Below are positions 35,231 to 43,997 of a stretch of DNA of 44,758 nucleotides, in pieces. Both the position numbers and the translations under genes were made by a program. Source of the DNA: a candidate division NC10 bacterium SPGG6 (GTDB lineage: Bacteria; Methylomirabilota; Methylomirabilia; Methylomirabilales; CSP1-5); assembly GCA_001643535.1 (NCBI GenBank), contig LXTG01000068.1, positions 1 to 44,758 on the forward strand. The letters run 5' to 3'. The first letter of the stretch is position 1. Every line of letters begins with the position of its first letter. The notes beneath the pieces were generated by a model. The model worked only from the letters and a program-made list of their open reading frames with translations. It had not been told where the DNA came from and ran no database searches.

Positions 35231-35394
35231 CCTTCGATCTCCGTGAGAAACGAGAGGCCTTAACCTCGGGATGTGCTCTATATATACCGAACTGTCCGGC
35301 TTGGGTCAATGTCCAGCATCTCTTCACCCCTCAGCTCTGGGCCAAGCACCCATTGCTGACTGCTGCCGCTCCTTGCTTGCAAAAACATGAAGAG

Positions 35395-36957
35395 ATGGGT
35401 ATCATAGGCGCCATCATGGGGAGACCCGTAGGCAAGCTCTCAGAACGAAAGCCAAAAACCAGGTCGCTAGGCCAAGTTCGTGCCGACGGACTGGACCCGA
35501 AGGGTCTCCTGACCACCCTCCTCTCCCGCCTCGACGTGGGTGTCCTGGCTGTGGACCGCCACGGAAAGATCATCACCACGAACACAGCCTGGTGGACTCT
35601 TTTGGGGCTCCCACGCCGCCAACCTTCCGGCCGAGGCTTCGGCGTCGCCTTCCCGCCTCCTCTGCGATCCCAGGCGCGATCCCTCGTCGAGGAGCTCCGT
35701 CAGAAGAAGGATCCGGCGGGGCTTCTCATGGCCGAGGAGGGGCTCCACCTCCAGGCGACCCCCTGGAAGAGGGGGGCGCTCTTCTTGCTGACCGAACAAC
35801 CGCTCTTACGAGAGCGAGCCCTGACACAAAAGATCCTGGACAGTCTCCCCCTAGGCCTCTATGTCATCGACCGAAGCTTCACCATCGTCGCCTGGAATCG
35901 AACCCGGGAGACGGCCCCCTGGGGTATGAAACGGGAGGAGGTGATCGGCCGGAATCTCTTTCATGCCCTCCCCTCGTTGCGGCGCACCAGGATTGAGGAG
36001 GAGTTCCGCCAGGTCTTCGAGACCGGGGCTACTCTCCAGGTAGAAGAGTACTCAACATTGGAGGGAGATCGGAGGACCTTCCGGATCAGCAAGGTCCCCC
36101 TTACCAGCGTTTCAGGTCTTGTCACCCACGTGATAACACTGGTTGAAGATATCACCGAACGCCGACGGATAGAGCGACAACTCTTGGCCAGCGAGAAGCT
36201 GGCCGGAATTGGCCAGCTCGCCTCTGGCATTGCCCACGAATTGAACAATCCGATGGCCACTATTGCCTCCTGTGCCGAGGGTCTCCTCAAACAAAGCCAC
36301 GGCCCCCCGTCGGCCCTGAAGGATTCCGAGGACTTCAGGCCTTATCTTCGCATCATCGAGGAGGAGGTCTACCGATGCAAGGGGATCCTAGTCGGTCTCT
36401 CCGAAATCAGCCGAGAGGGGAGTGGGGAGCAGCATCCCATCGATCTCCGCGCCCTGCTCGAGGGGACTCTCCGTGTCCTCAGCTATCAACTCCGGAGCCG
36501 GGGGATCACCGTCAACCGAGAATTTGAGGACGACCTGCCTCTGCTCCTGGGCAACGAGGGAGAGCTCCGCCAGGCATTCCTGGCCCTCTTTATCAATGCC
36601 CTCGAGGCCATGAACAGGGGCGCCATCCTGACCATTAGGGCCAGAGCGGCTGGTCCCGGGGCGCGGGTTCTTAGTTCTCCACCAACGAGGTTCCAGTCCT
36701 TGCGATCGGCCCCAGGGATCCTGGTCGAGATCGAGGACACTGGTCGGGGGATCCCCGCCCACCTCTTGCCCCGGGTCTTCGAACCCTTCTTCAGCACGAA
36801 GCCCCCCGGAAAAGGCGCAGGGCTAGGCCTGTATATCTGCGAGGGAATTATGAGTGCCCACGGGGGCAGGATGGAGATCGATTCGGTCGAGGGGAAGGGG
36901 ACGCTCGTCCGGATCCACCTCCCCTCGGCAAAAACCCCGATCAGAGAGAGGGGATAA
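35395..36957 (+). CDS. PAS-domain sensor histidine kinase (NtrB-like)
   Basis: Two PAS-like segments, H-box GIAHELNNPMATI, N-box FINALEA, G1 EDTGRGIP and G2 GKGAGLGL. Start at ATG 35395; the ORF-track start at 35218 overlaps the divergent hemB. Confidence 0.85.
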   Translation: MGIIGAIMGRPVGKLSERKPKTRSLGQVRADGLDPKGLLTTLLSRLDVGVLAVDRHGKIITTNTAWWTLLGLPRRQPSGRGFGVAFPPPLRSQARSLVEELRQKKDPAGLLMAEEGLHLQATPWKRGALFLLTEQPLLRERALTQKILDSLPLGLYVIDRSFTIVAWNRTRETAPWGMKREEVIGRNLFHALPSLRRTRIEEEFRQVFETGATLQVEEYSTLEGDRRTFRISKVPLTSVSGLVTHVITLVEDITERRRIERQLLASEKLAGIGQLASGIAHELNNPMATIASCAEGLLKQSHGPPSALKDSEDFRPYLRIIEEEVYRCKGILVGLSEISREGSGEQHPIDLRALLEGTLRVLSYQLRSRGITVNREFEDDLPLLLGNEGELRQAFLALFINALEAMNRGAILTIRARAAGPGARVLSSPPTRFQSLRSAPGILVEIEDTGRGIPAHLLPRVFEPFFSTKPPGKGAGLGLYICEGIMSAHGGRMEIDSVEGKGTLVRIHLPSAKTPIRERG

Positions 36958-38339
36958 TGCGCGCCGGACAGGGCAAGATCCGGGTTCTGATTGCCGACGA
37001 CGAGAAGAACTTTGCCAGGGTGTTGAAGGCAGAGCTCGGGCGTGAGGGGCACAGCACCGAGGTCTCCTCGAACGGGCGGGAGGCCCTCGAGAGACTCAAG
37101 GAGCAGGAATTCGACGTCCTCATCCTCGATCTCAAGATGCCCAAGCTCGGGGGGATGGAGGTTCTCAAGGAGCTGCGGAAGTGGACCCTGGCGCCGGAGG
37201 TGATTATCCTCACCGGACACGGAACCATCCCGACTGCCGTGGAGGCCATGAAGCTCGGCGCTTACACTTATATGATGAAGCCCTGCAAGACCGCCGAGCT
37301 GAACCTCCTGATCCGAAAGGCGTATGAAAAGCAGCAGATCCTCCGAGAGAATCTCTACCTCAAGACTCGCCTGGCGAAGGACGACCCATTTCCGGAGATC
37401 GTGACCACCAGTGAGAAGATTCGGCGGATCCTGGAGATGCTCACCAAGATCGCGCCGACCGATTCTACCGTCCTCATAACCGGCGAGAGCGGCACCGGCA
37501 AGGAACTGGTCGCGAAGGCCATCCACCAGAAATCGAAGCGGAAAGACAAACCTTTCCTGGTCATCAACTGCGGGGCGCTACAGGAGAGCATCCTGGAGAG
37601 TGAGCTTTTCGGGCATGAGAAGGGGGCATTCACCGGGGCCCACACGACAAAGCTCGGCCTCTTCGAGGTGGCGGACAGAGGAACTCTCCTCCTCGACGAG
37701 ATCGGCGAGATCTCCCAGGCCATGCAGTTGAAGCTCCTGCGCGTCATCGAGAACGGCAAGTTCTTCCGGGTCGGAAGCACGCGGGAGCGGCAGGTCGATG
37801 TCCGGGTCCTCTCGGCAACGAATAGAGACCTCCAGGCACATGTTAAGGCCGGAAAATTTCGCGAGGATCTGTATTATCGCATCAATGTCATCCCCCTCCA
37901 CGTTGCTCCCTTGCGAGAGCGGCCTGAGGACGTCCCTCTCCTGACGCAACACTTTCTGCAGCTCTTCGCTCCCCTTGGCAAGAAGACCATGAGTAGGGAC
38001 GCCATCAATTACCTCACCCGCTACTCCTGGCCTGGGAACGTCCGGGAGCTCCAGCACGTCATTCGGCGGGCCCTTATCCTCTCTCCCAAAGACCAGATCG
38101 AAGCGGAGGATCTTCCCCTTGACCTCCAGGTAGACCAGGTTTCGAAACGGGTGGCTGCCTCGCACGGCTCTCCGTCCACCCTCGGGGAGGTAGAGCGGCA
38201 GCATATCCTCCGGGTCATGGAGCAGGCAAAGGGGCACCGGGGAGAGGCCGCACAGATCCTAGGGATCGATCCCAAGACCCTATACCGCAAGCTCCTGACC
38301 TACCGTATCGATATCCCCGAACCCCGCGACCGTCGCTAA
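36957..38339 (+). CDS. sigma-54-dependent response regulator (NtrC family)
   Basis: Receiver domain (DVLILDLKMP), AAA+ domain GESGTGKELVA, GAFTGA loop (EKGAFTGA), ESELFGHEKG, and a C-terminal Fis-type HTH. It overlaps the kinase stop (ATAATG). Confidence 0.95.
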   Translation: MRAGQGKIRVLIADDEKNFARVLKAELGREGHSTEVSSNGREALERLKEQEFDVLILDLKMPKLGGMEVLKELRKWTLAPEVIILTGHGTIPTAVEAMKLGAYTYMMKPCKTAELNLLIRKAYEKQQILRENLYLKTRLAKDDPFPEIVTTSEKIRRILEMLTKIAPTDSTVLITGESGTGKELVAKAIHQKSKRKDKPFLVINCGALQESILESELFGHEKGAFTGAHTTKLGLFEVADRGTLLLDEIGEISQAMQLKLLRVIENGKFFRVGSTRERQVDVRVLSATNRDLQAHVKAGKFREDLYYRINVIPLHVAPLRERPEDVPLLTQHFLQLFAPLGKKTMSRDAINYLTRYSWPGNVRELQHVIRRALILSPKDQIEAEDLPLDLQVDQVSKRVAASHGSPSTLGEVERQHILRVMEQAKGHRGEAAQILGIDPKTLYRKLLTYRIDIPEPRDRR

Positions 38340-38455
38340 GAGAAGCTTTCAGCTATCAACCGTCAGCGGTCATGGTCGGGCAGATTGTCCCTCCTTCAGC
38401 CGAGCGTCTCTCCACCCTTCCTCATAAGAATAAAACCCTCCCGGCAGGGCTCACT

Positions 38456-38471
38456 TGGCACCTTCCTTGCT
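38456..38471 (+). promoter_or_regulatory. sigma-54 (-24/-12) promoter TGGCAC-N5-TTGCT
   Basis: TGGCAC at 38456-38461, five nt, then TTGCT at 38467-38471. It lies 28 nt upstream of ATG 38499, and AAGGAGAGG (38488-38496) lies between them. Confidence 0.75.
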
Positions 38472-38498
38472 AGGAGAGGATCAGGATAAGGAGAGGCC

Positions 38499-38879
38499 AT
38501 GCGAATCATGATTATCGACGACGATTACTACACCTGTCAGACCCTTTCCCGGCTCCTGACGGCGAAGGGGTTCTCCACCCATATCCATACCACGGTCGCG
38601 GATGCGGTGCGGACCCTCCTCGCCGAAGAATTCGACGCAATGCTCTTGGACTATCACCTCCCAGGCTTAAACGGCACCGATGCCCTCCCCATAATCCAAG
38701 AAGTCTCTCCCCGACTGCCCGTCATCCTCATGATGCACGAAACCACTTTAGAGGACCGAGAGAAGGCCCTTCGGGCCGGGGCTTTTTACATCTTGCAAAA
38801 GCCCATCAACCATCGGGCACTACTCCAGGCCATCCGATCGACCCGCCCCTCTCCCACGCCCAAAAGACACCGAAAATAG
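38499..38879 (+). CDS. stand-alone response-regulator receiver (CheY-like)
   Basis: MRIMIIDDD..FDAMLLDYHLPGLNG..ILQKP: receiver-domain acidic pocket, phospho-Asp and Lys. Confidence 0.9.
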   Translation: MRIMIIDDDYYTCQTLSRLLTAKGFSTHIHTTVADAVRTLLAEEFDAMLLDYHLPGLNGTDALPIIQEVSPRLPVILMMHETTLEDREKALRAGAFYILQKPINHRALLQAIRSTRPSPTPKRHRK

Positions 38880-39007
38880 CCGGGACGCCCCCTGCAACAG
38901 CGCCGCGAGAAGGGCGAGCCGCCCTCCCGTGCCAAAGGGGATATTCCAGCGAATATTCGTCTGTCCAGGTCCCCGCAGAGGAGGTTTACACCAAAGATTT
39001 GAGGGGA

Positions 39008-40309
39008 TCAAAAGATGGATTTGAAACCCAGCGCGCGCAGGGCGGCGGCGGCGGTATAGAGGGAGCCGGTGATCAAAATGGTATCATCAGAATCGGCCAG
39101 GGCGCGGGCCGTCTCCAAGGCTTCCGGCATGGTCTCAGCGACCCTGACCTTGTCAAAGCAGCCAGAGGCAACAGTAGCCAATTCCCTTGGCTCGGCACCC
39201 CGGTCGCTCTCCGGACGGGTGAGGATGACGGCAGAGGCCAGAGGGGCCAAGATCCCAAGCATCTGCTCCCAGGCCTTGTCTTTGAGGACGCCAAAGATGA
39301 CCAGGAGGCAACCCGAAAGTTTTTCCTCTTCCAGGAAGGCCCGCAAGGCCCTGATGCCCGACGGGTTGTGGGCCCCGTCTATCAGAATCCGGGGCCGTGC
39401 CGAGACCAACTGAAGGCGGCCGGGGCAGCGGGCGGCCGCCAGCCCCTCGCGTATCCGCGACTCGCCCACCCGGAAACCCTTCTCCTCAAGCAGCTCCGCC
39501 ACCGCAACCGCCGTGACCGCGTTCAGGACCTGGTGCCTGCCCATGAGGGGAACCTGCAGACAATCGTACTCCCTGAGTCTCCCCGTGAGCCGGAAAGTCT
39601 CCCCCTGCTCGGAGCGAGCCAGGTGCTCTACCCGATACTGCTCCTGGACCCTGATCAAGCGAGCCCCCTTCTGCCGACCAATCCGGTCGATTGCCTCCAG
39701 AGCCGCACCCTCCGCGGCGCTCACGACCCATCCTTCCTCCCGGATAATTCCCGCCTTTTCTGCGGCAATGCTCTCTAGGCTATCGCCGAGATGCTCCTGG
39801 TGCTCGAGCCCAATATTGGTGATGACCGCCACCTCCGCCTGGAGGATGTTGGTCGCATCGGAACGGCCGCCGAGACCGACCTCGATCACCCCCCAATCCA
39901 CAGAGCGACGGGCGAAGTGGAGGAACGCCAAAGCCGTGGCCGCCTCAAAGAAGGTGGGAGACGAGAGGGGAGACGGAGAGAAGACGTGATCGATGACTTG
40001 GGCGATCTCAGTGGCAAGGGCAGCCAATTCCTCCTCAGAGACTGGATGGCCGTCAACTAGAATCCGTTCCCGAAATTCCAAAAGATGGGGGGAGGTATAG
40101 AGACCAACAGTGAAGCCCGCCGCACGGAGGATCCCGTCCAAAAAGGCGGCGGTTGAACCCTTTCCGTTGGTCCCAGCCACATGGACGGACCGAAAGGTCG
40201 CTTCAGGATGGTCAAAGGCCTCCACCAGACGGAGTGTGTTCTCCAGCCCCAGCCTAATGCCAAAGCGCTGAAGCCCATCCAGGAAAGCGAGTGCGTCAGG
40301 ATAGTTCAT
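39008..40309 (-). CDS. folC: bifunctional folylpolyglutamate synthase / dihydrofolate synthase
   Basis: Mur-ligase family with HVAGTNGKGST, GLEHQEHLG and ILIDGAHNP. Confidence 0.9.
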   Translation of the reverse strand: MNYPDALAFLDGLQRFGIRLGLENTLRLVEAFDHPEATFRSVHVAGTNGKGSTAAFLDGILRAAGFTVGLYTSPHLLEFRERILVDGHPVSEEELAALATEIAQVIDHVFSPSPLSSPTFFEAATALAFLHFARRSVDWGVIEVGLGGRSDATNILQAEVAVITNIGLEHQEHLGDSLESIAAEKAGIIREEGWVVSAAEGAALEAIDRIGRQKGARLIRVQEQYRVEHLARSEQGETFRLTGRLREYDCLQVPLMGRHQVLNAVTAVAVAELLEEKGFRVGESRIREGLAAARCPGRLQLVSARPRILIDGAHNPSGIRALRAFLEEEKLSGCLLVIFGVLKDKAWEQMLGILAPLASAVILTRPESDRGAEPRELATVASGCFDKVRVAETMPEALETARALADSDDTILITGSLYTAAAALRALGFKSIF

Positions 40310-40435
40310 GGCTTATTGAAATTCGAATTTCGAAATAGCTCCTGCTCCTCTACTATAACACCCGTGACCCTGTCAAGGAGAACCCTTTTGCCTATTGAAA
40401 CCGGGAGGCTATCGTGTTAGAGACGGGAAGGGGAG

Positions 40436-40708
40436 ATGATGGGGTTCCCCGAGCCGATTCAAGTTTCAAGCCACGCCGGATCGAGGGGAGAGGAGACCCC
40501 CCGCACCTTTTGCTCCTCGACGACCGACCGGGTTGAGGTGGTCCGGGTGCTTGAGCGGTGGATCCAAGAGGGGCTCCAGAGGGGTCAGAAGGAATATTTT
40601 CGGGTCCTCGCCTCCGACGGACAGATCTACATCCTGTATCGGGACCGGTCCTTAGACCTCTGGTTCATGGAGCAGGCGGGTTCAAGAGGGGGGCAGCGAG
40701 AAGGTTGA
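40436..40708 (+). CDS. small hypothetical protein (90 aa)
   Basis: ATG is preceded by GGGGAG. The sequence ..VEVVRVLERWIQEG...EYFRVLASDGQIYILYRDRSLDLWFMEQ is non-repetitive. No family recognised. Confidence 0.4.
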   Translation: MMGFPEPIQVSSHAGSRGEETPRTFCSSTTDRVEVVRVLERWIQEGLQRGQKEYFRVLASDGQIYILYRDRSLDLWFMEQAGSRGGQREG

Positions 40709-40781
40709 TCGTGCCACGCGGAGAAACTGCGCGCCTTCCGTCGCCTGGACCGGCTTTTTCCTTCGCAGTCCCGCCAGACCG

Positions 40782-41843
40782 TTACCGGAGGCGAACATTT
40801 TTTCGAATAGCGGTGAGGAGTCTCGAGAAGTCCGGGTCGCCGCCCGTCAGGTCCTCGGTGACAAGCTCCACCTCGCCCGGGCCCCGAGCCCCCAGGCCCA
40901 ATTCTATGGCACGGCGGATCTGCTCCTGGTCCCAGACCCTCTTTGACGTCACCATCTCCCACCGGCCAAACGCCCTGATGATGCCGAGGGCCACCACATC
41001 GGTGGCGATGGGATCGCCGCTCGCTAGGACGATACCCGTCGGCACGGCCTCCCCGGACCAGGGGCCTCCATGGATCATGCTCTGGAGTCCGTCCACCACG
41101 AACAGGTGGGGGCGGACGGCCATATTGAGTTCCGCGACCGCCGGCTCCCACCCATCGCTGCCGTAATTCCACGGCTTATTCTTGCCGTGGACACACCCCA
41201 CGGTGTTCTTCAGGGCACAACTGAAGCTGGCACCGCGGTGCGTCTTGATGACAGGGACACTGATGAGCCGCTCGGCCTCGTACACTGCCTTGGCCACATA
41301 GACGGTTTTCGCATACTCTACCTGAGGGAGAGCCACCTTTATCCACTCCCCCTCATCAAAGGCCAGCACTTCTGCTCCCACCTCCCGGCCCACCTCCGCA
41401 ATCCCTGTCTTCTCCAAGTGGGGACGCGTGGGGAGGGAGAGCACCGCCGACATATCTCCCACCGCAAGAGACGCCGGGCCTTGCGCCTTGGCCAGAGCGG
41501 CGACCGCCCTGACCACCCGCGGGTCGGTGGTGGCCGGGGGAGGTTCACCCCAAACCACATTGGGTTTCACGAGGGTACGAGCACCCGCAACCCCGAGCCT
41601 TGCCATTCCTCCGACGAGGTCGACGGCCCTCTCGACCATCCGGGGAACATCGTCCCCGTGGACGATCGCCACGAGACTCCTTGATCCTGACCGAAACGGA
41701 TTCTCCAGCAGGGGCGGAGGGTTCCCCGAAGAGGCATCGGGAGAGAAGAGGATCTGCCTGAGCATCTCCCTGCAGGCCGGGACGAAGATACCAAGCGCTG
41801 CAAGACCGGTCAGTTGTAACAGGGACCGTCGCGTGATCTTCAT
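40782..41843 (-). CDS. DUF362-domain protein with a twin-arginine (Tat) signal
   Basis: MKITRRSLLQLTGLAALGIFVPAC (Tat motif plus a possible lipobox Cys) and TLVKPNVVWGEP, typical of DUF362. Start at 41843; the ORF-track start at 41915 runs through a repeat. Confidence 0.7.
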   Translation of the reverse strand: MKITRRSLLQLTGLAALGIFVPACREMLRQILFSPDASSGNPPPLLENPFRSGSRSLVAIVHGDDVPRMVERAVDLVGGMARLGVAGARTLVKPNVVWGEPPPATTDPRVVRAVAALAKAQGPASLAVGDMSAVLSLPTRPHLEKTGIAEVGREVGAEVLAFDEGEWIKVALPQVEYAKTVYVAKAVYEAERLISVPVIKTHRGASFSCALKNTVGCVHGKNKPWNYGSDGWEPAVAELNMAVRPHLFVVDGLQSMIHGGPWSGEAVPTGIVLASGDPIATDVVALGIIRAFGRWEMVTSKRVWDQEQIRRAIELGLGARGPGEVELVTEDLTGGDPDFSRLLTAIRKNVRLR

Positions 41844-41965
41844 GACCTGCCCCAGTCTCGAAGACTGTGCCGAGGTCGAACTAGGGGATCCTAGGGGAGG
41901 GATCCTAGGGGTCAAATCTTTTGTTGACTAATTCTCGCCAAATCCCCTCGATCCCCTCTGCCCAC

Positions 41966-42004
41966 AAAAAAAGCACCCGGGAGCCTGTGTCGCCCGCCCG
42001 GTGC
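41966..42004 (-). terminator. rho-independent terminator-like hairpin followed by T7 (minus strand)
   Basis: Minus strand: gcaccgg...ccgggtgc ttttttt. The stem is 41973-41980 / 41998-42004 with a one-nt bulge, and the A7 run on the + strand is 41966-41972. Confidence 0.5.
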
Positions 42005-42213
42005 CCCAATGCTGCCGCGTCTATGCAATAAAGGTTTTTGCTATCAATACGTATTTTAGGTTTATATCCAAAATACGTCCTGGAGGCAAATACCGTACCC
42101 CCGCCCCGAATCTCGCGCCAAACATTGGAGTTGGCTCCCCTTCCCCGTCGGAAAACATATCGGGTGAGGCTGACAGCAGACCGGAGAATGCCTTCTTGTG
42201 AGTCAACGGGGCC

Positions 42214-42822
42214 CTAGCGGGGATTCCGCGGGAGGGCCTTTCGGAAGGCGCGGAGATAGGTCAAGTAGCTCAAGGCGAGGATAAAGGGAGAGGCACCATC
42301 CTCCAGGGCCCGAAGATTGGCCTTGCCCTCCAGGTAGAGGTAGAAGAGATAGAGAAACACCCGCACAGACGGAACGTGAGGGGCCCCGATCCGACAGAGG
42401 ACGAGCGGAGGGAGCTGCCAGGGATGCTCCGCGAAATCGTTCAGGTGGGCGACCTCGTGCAGGAGCACAGAGGTCGCCCACCGCCGCCCCTTGAGATGAT
42501 ACCGCCAGACAAAGGTGTTGCACAATAGGAAGGACTTGATTCCAAGGCCGAGAGGTCCCGTGGGAACCGCCCCCACGTTGGGATAGATGGGGGCGTAGAG
42601 CACACGGTAGCCTCGAAAGGTCCCCATCCCGAATCTGGCCAGGACCTTGCCGCAGATTCTCCCCACTCGCCTGACGACTGGAAACTTCTCTTCGCTCACC
42701 CCGACCCTCGTAACCTTCCTTGCGTTTCCGGCCCATGGTAGCAGGCCCGACCCACCGAGACAACCGCTCTCCTCGAATCGGCTCCGCCCTGCACAATCGC
42801 CAGTCGCGAGCGCGGACAGCAC
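42214..42822 (-). CDS. putative zinc metallopeptidase (HExxH) with a hydrophobic C-terminus
   Basis: The frame contains SVLLHEVAHL (HExxH), and its C-terminal half is hydrophobic. The true start is probably internal (for example GTG at about 42698). The overlapping frame 42203-42874 is Arg/Gly/Pro-rich and rejected. Confidence 0.45.
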   Translation of the reverse strand: MLSALATGDCAGRSRFEESGCLGGSGLLPWAGNARKVTRVGVSEEKFPVVRRVGRICGKVLARFGMGTFRGYRVLYAPIYPNVGAVPTGPLGLGIKSFLLCNTFVWRYHLKGRRWATSVLLHEVAHLNDFAEHPWQLPPLVLCRIGAPHVPSVRVFLYLFYLYLEGKANLRALEDGASPFILALSYLTYLRAFRKALPRNPR

Positions 42823-42909
42823 GGGCCCATCCTTGACGGTCCAGGGACGATCTGATACTGTCCCCCTGCCTCACGCTCTAGTGGACACTCCACGAGGATA
42901 GGGATACCA

Positions 42910-43308
42910 ATGGTCGTGACCGCCGGGGTTATTACCCGAGAGGGGTACATCCTAATCTGCCAGCGTCGGAAGGGAAGCTGGGGGGAGTACAAGTGGGAGT
43001 TCCCCGGTGGGAAGGTCGAGGACGGGGAGGACCCAGGTGAGTCACTTCGCCGGGAACTCAGGGAGGAGCTTGCCATCGAGGCAGAAATCGGACCCCTCCT
43101 CTGCCGCCTGGAGCACCGCTACCCTGACCGGGAAGTGGAGCTTTTCGTGTTTCACATCCCGGGCTACACCGGTGAGCTCCGCAACATACAGTTTGCGGGT
43201 ATTCGCTGGGTGCAGCGGGAAGAGCTTGCCGACTTTGACTTTCTGGACGCAGACCGGTCTGTGATCGAGGCATTAACCAGCAGAATCTCCTCAGGGGAGC
43301 AACGGTGA
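42910..43308 (+). CDS. NUDIX hydrolase (MutT-like)
   Basis: Complete Nudix box WEFPGGKVEDGEDPGESLRRELREELAIE. Confidence 0.9.
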   Translation: MVVTAGVITREGYILICQRRKGSWGEYKWEFPGGKVEDGEDPGESLRRELREELAIEAEIGPLLCRLEHRYPDREVELFVFHIPGYTGELRNIQFAGIRWVQREELADFDFLDADRSVIEALTSRISSGEQR

Positions 43309-43997
43309 AGCGAGGGGGAATCGACCCGGCACTCAAGCGGACTTTTCAGCAGCGCCTCCTCAGGTGGTATCGGACGCACGGCCGGGATCTGCCCTGGCGG
43401 AAGACCCGGGACCCGTATCATATCTTGGTGTCCGAGGTCATGCTCCAGCAGACCCAGGTCGACCGCGTCCTCGGATTTTACGGCAAATTTGTCAAAAAGT
43501 ACTCAACAGTGGAGGAGCTGGCGTCGGCGAGGCCTCGCCAGGTGCGCGAGGCCTGGGATGGGCTCGGCTACTATGCCCGGGCAAGGAACCTTCACAGGAC
43601 GGCCCGCCAACTGACCCACGGCCATGGGGGTCAATTTCCTAGAACCTACGAGGAGACACATGCCCTGCCAGGGGTGGGGCGCTCCACAGCGGGGGCACTC
43701 TTGAGCTTCGCCTTCAACATCGACACCCCCATCCTGGACACCAACGTCAAACGCCTCATCTCCCGGCTCTTTGTCCATCGCCCCTCCCCGACACCGGCTC
43801 AGACAGAGCGGCGCCTCTGGCGGCTCAGTACGAGCCTGATCCCGAAAGGGAAGGCGTGGGCCTTCAACCAGGCGCTCATGGATTTTGGCGCGCTCGTCTG
43901 CACCGCAAGAAATCCTCGGTGCGTCACCTGCTTGTTCACCGACATCTGTCGAGCCTACCCCAAATTCATACGCGCGTCAGGACAGCAGCGAAGGTGA
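43305..43997 (+). CDS. mutY: MutY-like A/G-specific adenine glycosylase, catalytic domain only
   Basis: LLRWYRTHGRDLPWRKTRDPYHILVSEVMLQQTQVDRV, GLGYYARARNLH, LPGVGRSTAGA, and the Fe-S loop CTARNPRCVTCLFTDIC. It ends about 15 residues after the cluster, so there is no C-terminal MutT-like domain. The GTG start overlaps the NUDIX stop (GTGA). Confidence 0.85.
   Translation: MKRGGIDPALKRTFQQRLLRWYRTHGRDLPWRKTRDPYHILVSEVMLQQTQVDRVLGFYGKFVKKYSTVEELASARPRQVREAWDGLGYYARARNLHRTARQLTHGHGGQFPRTYEETHALPGVGRSTAGALLSFAFNIDTPILDTNVKRLISRLFVHRPSPTPAQTERRLWRLSTSLIPKGKAWAFNQALMDFGALVCTARNPRCVTCLFTDICRAYPKFIRASGQQRR

Noticed and set aside
36486-37526. 346-aa minus-strand ORF
   Set aside because: It is antisense to the histidine-kinase and NtrC-type genes, which have clear domain signatures.
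42203-42874. 223-aa minus-strand ORF overlapping the HExxH ORF in another frame
   Set aside because: It is Arg/Gly/Pro/Ser-rich and lacks motifs. The alternative frame (42214-42822) carries HEVAH and hydrophobic helices.
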